Origin: Bugula neritina
Lineage: Eukaryota > Animalia > Bryozoa
Length of the DNA stretch: 64,000 nucleotides
Assembly: GCA_964035545.1 (NCBI GenBank)
Contig: OZ037768.1
Span: 4,930,741-4,994,740, forward strand
Reading direction: 5' to 3'
The notes under the pieces are model-generated. The model searched no databases. It was not told where the DNA came from and saw only the letters and a list, made by a program, of their open reading frames with translations. Below, piece by piece: positions 57,284 through 64,000 of this stretch. The position numbers were made by a program, and so were the translations under genes. Every line of letters starts with the position of its first letter. The first letter of the stretch is position 1.

Positions 57284-60138
57284 CAGACTTGTATTGTTCT
57301 ATGATTGGAATATCGTGATTCTCGGGCTCTACTCTACAAATTATTTGTACTAAATAAAGTTTTCATTGTTCTAGCAGTAAGCCTATAATTTTGTTGAATC
57401 ATAATGCTTTGGTAATTTAATCACTTTTGCTTAATTTAAAAAAAGTTGTTGCATTCTTGTAATTTTATTCCAAGATGAATGAATAGAATTTAATAAAACC
57501 TATATCTTTCAGGATATGACTATGTGAGTTATTACAGCAATAAAAAGAGATTAGATAGATTACAAATTAAGCATAGCAAGCTATTGTAAGTAAGAGAACT
57601 CATTATCCAATATAATAGTATAATAAATGTCCCATTACCTTGTGGAACATCTTCCAGGATTATATATAATGGATCTTTTACTGAAAACATGATTGGACGT
57701 CAAAGAAGATGAGCTATTCAGGTGACTGTTTCCACGCTAACAACAAAATATATAGTAGAAATAAACTCACAGAGTGATGTGTATGCTAACACCATATTAG
57801 TATTACAGGCAAGTTTAGTGTATCAAAGCACTTTGACTAGAGTTTAAAAGCAAACCCACTGGTTTCAATTGCTTGATGGCTCTGTTCAAATCACCCTCAA
57901 CAGTCTCGCTTCCTAAAAGATATACAAATAGATTAAGCATGTGCATTATTCACTGCATAATATAATGTTGATTGCTAACTTAATAATATAGTTATTCACT
58001 ATAGTGGACATGTATGTCAAATATATTTTAAAATTTTGCATAAACTATAATATTAAAATACGTAAGAAAGTCACATTTACAATCTTCTACCCTAATTTAA
58101 TAAAATGCTATAATTTAAGCTTGAAACAGTTACAAGTGAAACACTATTTCTAAAAAACACATACTGCACATTAATTTTTTTTCAATGGCCTATGCTGGGT
58201 TTTGAGACTCATATATTATATACCTGCTAATTTAGAAGTTGTACTAGGTATTAGCTGTATTGGGGGTAACTCAACCTTGTCCATGTTATACCCATTCCAC
58301 AACCTATATTGTTTCACTAAGATATCTTTGTTTCTACTGAATGGATTTGCGGGTTGAAGAGATGCTTCCATACTCATCTGTGCAGCCTATAATAAATCAG
58401 TCATCTTTTTTACAAATTTAACACGCATTACAATATGGTTATCAGTTAGGAAGATACATGCAAAAGGCAACAATAATTTGGAATTTTCTAGTTCAATAAA
58501 GTTTTGTTATTATAAAATTAGGTTATACAACTTTTATAATGTATCAAAGTTTTTAATTTATATGACCGCCTATAATTCATTTTTATGTTACGTTACTTAA
58601 AGTGCCTAATGTTTAGAGGCCATTTGTTATGAAACACACTTTAATATCTAAATAATAATACATACAATGTCATGCATGAAACCTAAGACATACATCTATT
58701 GCAGGTGTATGTTGGCTACATCAAACTTTAATTTAATATAATAAATTTTATGCAATTACTTTTGAATAAAGTTAGAATTGTTACTGGAGCTAGCACAAAA
58801 TAATCTAGCAGTGTAACAGTTCAACAACAACATACAGTTTTTTCTTCTTTAACTTCCAATGCAGCTGCAGACATCCTGTTGGCTATAGATCTTGCCTTTG
58901 ATCTTGTCATGACGGCCCCAAACCTGGCTCTGGCTAGCCTGGCAGAATTCCTTTGCAGAGATCCACTATTACCTGAGGAGAGAATGTCATCAGCATAACT
59001 ACAATCTGTTGTATATTTTAATCTTTAAAATTTATATATTTTAATAATTAATGCCATAAAAATTAAACTCATAGCTGAAATTATCCTACCGTTTCATAAT
59101 CTAAACATTTTAGAAAGCTGTAATATGTTTATTATAACCTGCTCTACATTTAATCATTTATTGTACTTAAACTTATAGCCCCTTAAATAGTTTGACAAAA
59201 TTTATAGGAAATAATACTTGTTGTTCTAGGCCTCCTTAGTAAGAGTTTATCATCAGTTTCCCATCTGATTATAATTCCATCTCTAATAGTATTCTGAGGA
59301 CTTGGACATGGTTGAACCTTTGGCACAGGGTCTGTGTCTATATATCCTGCTGACTTAATTACAGTGTTATCTTTGGTTAGCAATATGTTGCCTGGCACAC
59401 TGCTCTACAAGTATTCCAACACTCTGTCTTTTAAAATACAACATCCTACATACACTATAAAATTATTTCAAAAAAAATTAAGTCAACTGCTTTTATAAAT
59501 TTATATGAAATCAGTGAAATATAATGTACATGGTAAGAACATATATAATACCAAACGGTTTTTACTAAAGTTTTATATGTAATATAAATGGCAAGATCAT
59601 ATATTAACCTTCTTTGTCAAAACTATATTGCTATGTTTCTTTTATTATCAAGTTAAGTTTTAAATGACTACATTCCGATAACTTTTTCTTTGCTATCTGC
59701 CTTAGCTGATGTATGGGAATTCGATGCTGTCATATATCATTTTCATTTTCAAAAAGATGTTAAATTAACCCAGCTTCTAAAAAGTGATGATAAGCCATGC
59801 CATACATTTGTGAGGTTAGTTAATATAAGTGATGATGATAAATGAGTAAAATCTGTATAATTTTGAGTTACTACTATGTATAACAGATATTACATGGTAG
59901 AATCTACTGTTTATAATGTATGTTATATGGTAGAAGTTACTGCATATAAAATACATTATATAGTACAACTTACTGTATATTATATACACCATTATAGTAG
60001 AAGCTACTGTTGATAACATTTTATAGTATATGTAGTATAAAAGCTATATACTGTATATAATGTAGATTACATTAGCAAATTTTAATTACCAAGTGTAGTC
60101 TTACCTACCAACTTTTCAGAACTAGTCATCACTGCCAT
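57284..60138 (-). pseudogene. Unidentified multi-exon gene; 5' exons carry in-frame stops (pseudogene, or true start further downstream)
   Basis: Phase-compatible GT-AG exons at 60138-60105, 59776-59609, 59445-59218, ~58973-58837, ~58387-58224, ~57912-57860, ~57737-57639 and possibly ~57329-57284. The downstream exons are open. No family was recognised and the 3' end is uncertain. Confidence 0.45.
59850..60065. repeat. Degenerate ~33 bp tandem repeat, about 5 copies
   Basis: ATGGTAGAATCTACTGTTTATAATGTATGTTAT, ATGGTAGAAGTTACTGCATATAAAATACATTAT, ATAGTACAACTTACTGTATATT..., ATAGTAGAAGCTACTGTTG... Confidence 0.65.
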
Positions 60139-60524
60139 TTAATTTACTACTTGCTTATACCCTGACATTCTATACTATACTTAACTACATATTCATATGG
60201 CTCAGCGCTGCAAGACTTTGAGAATTTAATAACGCAATGGAGTTAATTTTATGAAATACTAATTGTTCCATTCAACTGTGCCTTAATATTGAAAAGATAA
60301 TCAGAAACTTTGTTGACGTCTAATATATTCATATCAAAGGTTTCCATTAAATAATATATAATGTATTATATTTAAAGCGAGCGCTATTAGACTGCAGTTA
60401 ATGACATGGAAACATTCACTATATACATAAGATGGCTAGAGGTCTATAAATTGATGTCTTATAAACTTTTATTTGAAACTAATACTGCTAAAGCAACCAT
60501 CAAAATAGGTGTAAATAGTATCCA

Positions 60525-60567
60525 TACTCACGCGCACACGAGCACGCACACGCACACGCACACACAT
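60525..60567. repeat. Imperfect (CA)n/(CACACG)n microsatellite
   Basis: TACTCACGCGCACACGAGCACGCACACGCACACGCACACACA. Confidence 0.8.
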
Positions 60568-62019
60568 GACATAGCTAACAACAAAACTTGAACGTCATGC
60601 AGATCCTTACAGTGAAAAGTTGCAGGCAGTTTTTTTACCTTATTATTACAATAAAACATATTGTAGACAGGTTTGAGAAACACTCACTGGTCTATTAGTA
60701 GAAAATGTAGGAGTTTTGTCAGTAGAATGTTGGTTTTGCTGCCTATCTTTCTCATTCAAATACTGCAGGTGATAGGAGTTGCAGACTTTCACAGGAGCCA
60801 ACTTAGGTTTTCTTATAGCTATTTTATTCCGTAATGTCATGATCAGCTTTTTGGCTAAAATCTAGTACTCGGTTCTCAGTATAGTGGCATATGTGTATAT
60901 CATTGTAAGTTACTTATTATAATGCATTTAATTCTTTAAAAACAGGTTGGTTACAATCAATGTGCATTTTATTTTGGCAATGCCTCATGAAATGAAAACA
61001 TTTTAGCTTGTAATTGAAAAATAATAATGTTTATATTAAAAACAATATTAAACAATTGGTGCTTATTCAGTGTAAGGTGTATGCAGTCTGTAATACTTGC
61101 ATAGGGGACATAACTTCAAAATATACCAGGCACAAGATGATAGAAAGGTAATGTCCTGCTTTAACCAAGACATTTGAAATGTTACCAAAACATTGCAATA
61201 ATGTATGTATATATTTATAAATTGTCACAGATAAAAATTTTTGTTAGAATTGTATAAAAATGTACATTAAAAATGTTCTAAATTTCATTTAAAAAAACTG
61301 GATTAAGCATAACAAAATAAATTACTACATGTATTATATTACACCATGCCCTTAGTTAATGTATGTATTATATACGCAACGTCAACTACTTTAAAGCAAT
61401 GTAGTATTACATTTCTTGACCATAGCTTTAGTTCATGTTATTAGACCTACCATATTTCATGAGTTGTGGGCAACTAATTCATGACTTATATAAACTTGTA
61501 GTAACTATTACATTTGATACATTGACATGAGTATAATTATGTATCTAGAACATGTAATTGTAGATGCATCGCTCTATATATCAGCCATTTTTAAAGTCCT
61601 GGTCATTGCAGTGTAAATGCTCCTAAAATTTATAAGGCATCTTCTAATCAAGTCAAATCACCATGGATATCAGTTTTTCTGTAATCCCAGAAAACTTGTT
61701 TAAAATTTAAACCCCTTTGTGCAATATATAAAAAATATGTTTAATTGCTGAAAGATCAGTATGCCAGACCATAGCTTTGTATTCTCTTGCATCTAAGATA
61801 TCAACTGCTCACAACTTGGAAGCAGTCAACTGTATCTAACACTTGAAAATCTAGAGAACATCTTCCTTTGACCAATTACAAAACTACCTAGTACTTATAA
61901 TATTATTCTTGCTCAGTACAGATCCTTCTAGCTCATTGACGTACGCAATAAGCACCAAGTTTTATTGGTATTATAACGCACTTACCAGTTGCGGATCTAG
62001 TTGTATATGTTGTAGAAAA

Positions 62020-62100
62020 CTAACCAATGAGAACTTTATTTAGCCTATCACGTGGGCAAGAGTTCCAAAACAATAACAATAACATTGGCTGCGTGGGCTT
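62020..62100. promoter_or_regulatory. Candidate bidirectional promoter core
   Basis: CCAAT (~62024), TCACGTGG (~62048) and ATTGG (~62084) lie between a minus-strand donor-like site (~61985) and a plus-strand low-complexity tract. Motif evidence only. Confidence 0.35.
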
Positions 62101-63897
62101 GCTTGGACACATTTTATGCTGATAGTGATATTTTACAACAATTTGGGCGATTTTGAATTATTTGAATTATAACTGCAAGAGGTTGTTTATGTCTGTTTAA
62201 AACACATAGTATAAGAACAGTTATATGGAAGTAGGTAGTTCGAAAGTGATTCAAACTGTCACTGTCTTATAGTTATACTGATAATCGTAGACTTGAGCTT
62301 TGCTTTTGTCTTTAGAGTTTGACGAAGAATAATCACTAACCAGGCTTGGTTGACAACTAACTATCAGTTTACTTCTTTAGACGGCACAGAGTTTTCAACA
62401 TCTTACGGATATTTAATCATAAAGGTAGAACATCTATTTAATATTCATAATCGTAGCGGTATTATTATTAAATTCAATTTGAAATCGAAAGCTATCACTT
62501 TGACTACGAGTATGACTCAAGTATATCATTGTAATATAGTTATAGTAATAGTTATATTTATAAGTTATAGCCCTATCATTATGATTATGATTATGCCTAT
62601 AGGTGTCGTTACCGTGTTAGTGTAGCTGTAAGTATATCAAATTCAATGTGATAATTTTTGTCGTAATGATCAATAATGTAAATCACTAAATCAGTAAATG
62701 TGTGTATCGTAATCATTTCATTTTCAATGAATTAATATTATTATTATAAATAATACAATATTTATTGTTTGAATAATGTCAATGATTATTATCATTATTA
62801 GTATGCATAGAGTTGGTTTTAGCTGTAAAAGTTGCTGTCAAAATATTCATTTGATTGCACATCTGAATGAAAAATATTAAATGCAATACTAAGAGTAAGT
62901 CTAATAGTAATAGTAATAATAATAGTAATAGTGTACCATGCAGCCATGTTTATGTTGGATATTCACCTAAATAAATATGTTTATCTCAGTTTAATGATCA
63001 TTATTTTTTCACTTATGCTGATACTTACTCTTAATTTTACGGTTTAATAACAAATTATCAATATGCTTGTCTAATTTTTTGTCTAAACAGTTTTTTGTAA
63101 ACCATAAAAAGTAAAGCTAACTAACTTTTACAGTATAAATTAATTTAGTGTGTAGTGGTCTCTTATCCACTAACCCTCCCATGCCAACCTCACAAACCTA
63201 AACAGATTTTTGATGGAATACCTAGATCATGTTGATGAAACTGGCGACAGTTTTGATTTGTTGTGCAAAAGGTTTACATTTGACTTTTTTTTCTCCTACT
63301 TATGAAAATAAACAATTGCAGTGCAATATTACAGGGATTTTTAGAACTAATGTTGAAAGTTGTACATGCAGTTCTGTTCACAGCTCTGAGTTCTCAAGAA
63401 AGGTACATGATAGTGTAGTATCAGTATGTATCACTATACTTAGCGTCTGTCTATTAGAACAAAACACTGCCAACTTCCCTGAATTAGTCACTCAGTAGAT
63501 TTCCTCTGGTGAGAGAGTTGGCATCTCTATTTAGCTTGCATAAGAGTTTTTACTATCTGAATATGTTCGTGTTTTATCACGTGGAGTTAATCATGTGAAT
63601 CTGGGCGCAGCAAAGTGATATCGTGTTACACAATGCAGTTGTTACACTTTGGTTTTCTGAATACATGATCTGAACTTGACTGCTGTAAATTAAATTATAG
63701 CTTCTATTTTTTCATTTAATTTCGTGTGGTACTGAATTGGTTTATTTAATAAAAGTCTATTTAAACTTGATTTGAAGGGTTCGTGCCTAGCCAGGTTGTT
63801 ATGGTTCATTTTGAAGTGTCGTATTTGCTAACCCTTTGTTGCTCCAATAACATCTGCTGTTTAGAAAATAATAGTGTTTGGTTTGTTTCCCGATGCT

Positions 63898-63992
63898 ATG
63901 ACGCGCGTAGCTGCGCGGTTTCCATTTGGAGTGGTTTTGTTTATGTTAGCCGTGAATGCAGCCTTTGTTGTTGCTATATTATGCTTGCTCAA
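63898..63992 (+). CDS. Probable first coding exon of a membrane-anchored or secreted protein continuing beyond the window
   Basis: MTRVAARFPFGVVLFMLAVNAAFVVAILCLL has a basic N-terminus and ~20 hydrophobic residues, lies in locally GC-richer sequence, and ends AA|GTAAT. Confidence 0.4.
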
Positions 63993-64000
63993 GTAATCCG

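Noticed and set aside
60646-60840. 64 aa minus-strand ORF as a separate gene
   Set aside because: It is bounded by plausible splice sites but has no recognisable motif. It may be a UTR exon or uORF of the unidentified gene and cannot be supported as a CDS.

Overview
This is AT-rich, gene-dense eukaryotic nuclear DNA with short GT-AG introns, most consistent with a compact invertebrate animal genome. It is not prokaryotic and has no CRISPR array. Spliced models were rebuilt by hand from exon phases, so CDS coordinates span introns. In order the genes are ARL6 (+), ZGRF1 helicase (-), MRPL32 (+), NDUFA4/COXFA4 (-), a broken chimeric copy and an intact copy of an S9-family serine peptidase (+,+), DTWD2 (-), dysbindin DTNBP1 (+), ERK5/MAPK7 (-), PTTG1IP (+), an unidentified stop-interrupted gene (-) and a probable first exon at the right edge (+). 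Mobile elements are two 5'-truncated LINE fragments and three copies of a tRNA-derived SINE. Three patterns are not explained by these annotations. (1) Tandem duplications repeatedly copy the 3' splice site itself, including a 14 x 32 bp array that stacks 15 AG|GT junctions before the peptidase catalytic exon. (2) A ~150 bp foldback element with a conserved internal mismatch sits in two separate head-to-head promoter regions. (3) Degenerate hexamer-periodic tracts flank every divergent promoter. Gene identities come from recognised protein motifs; no database search was run.
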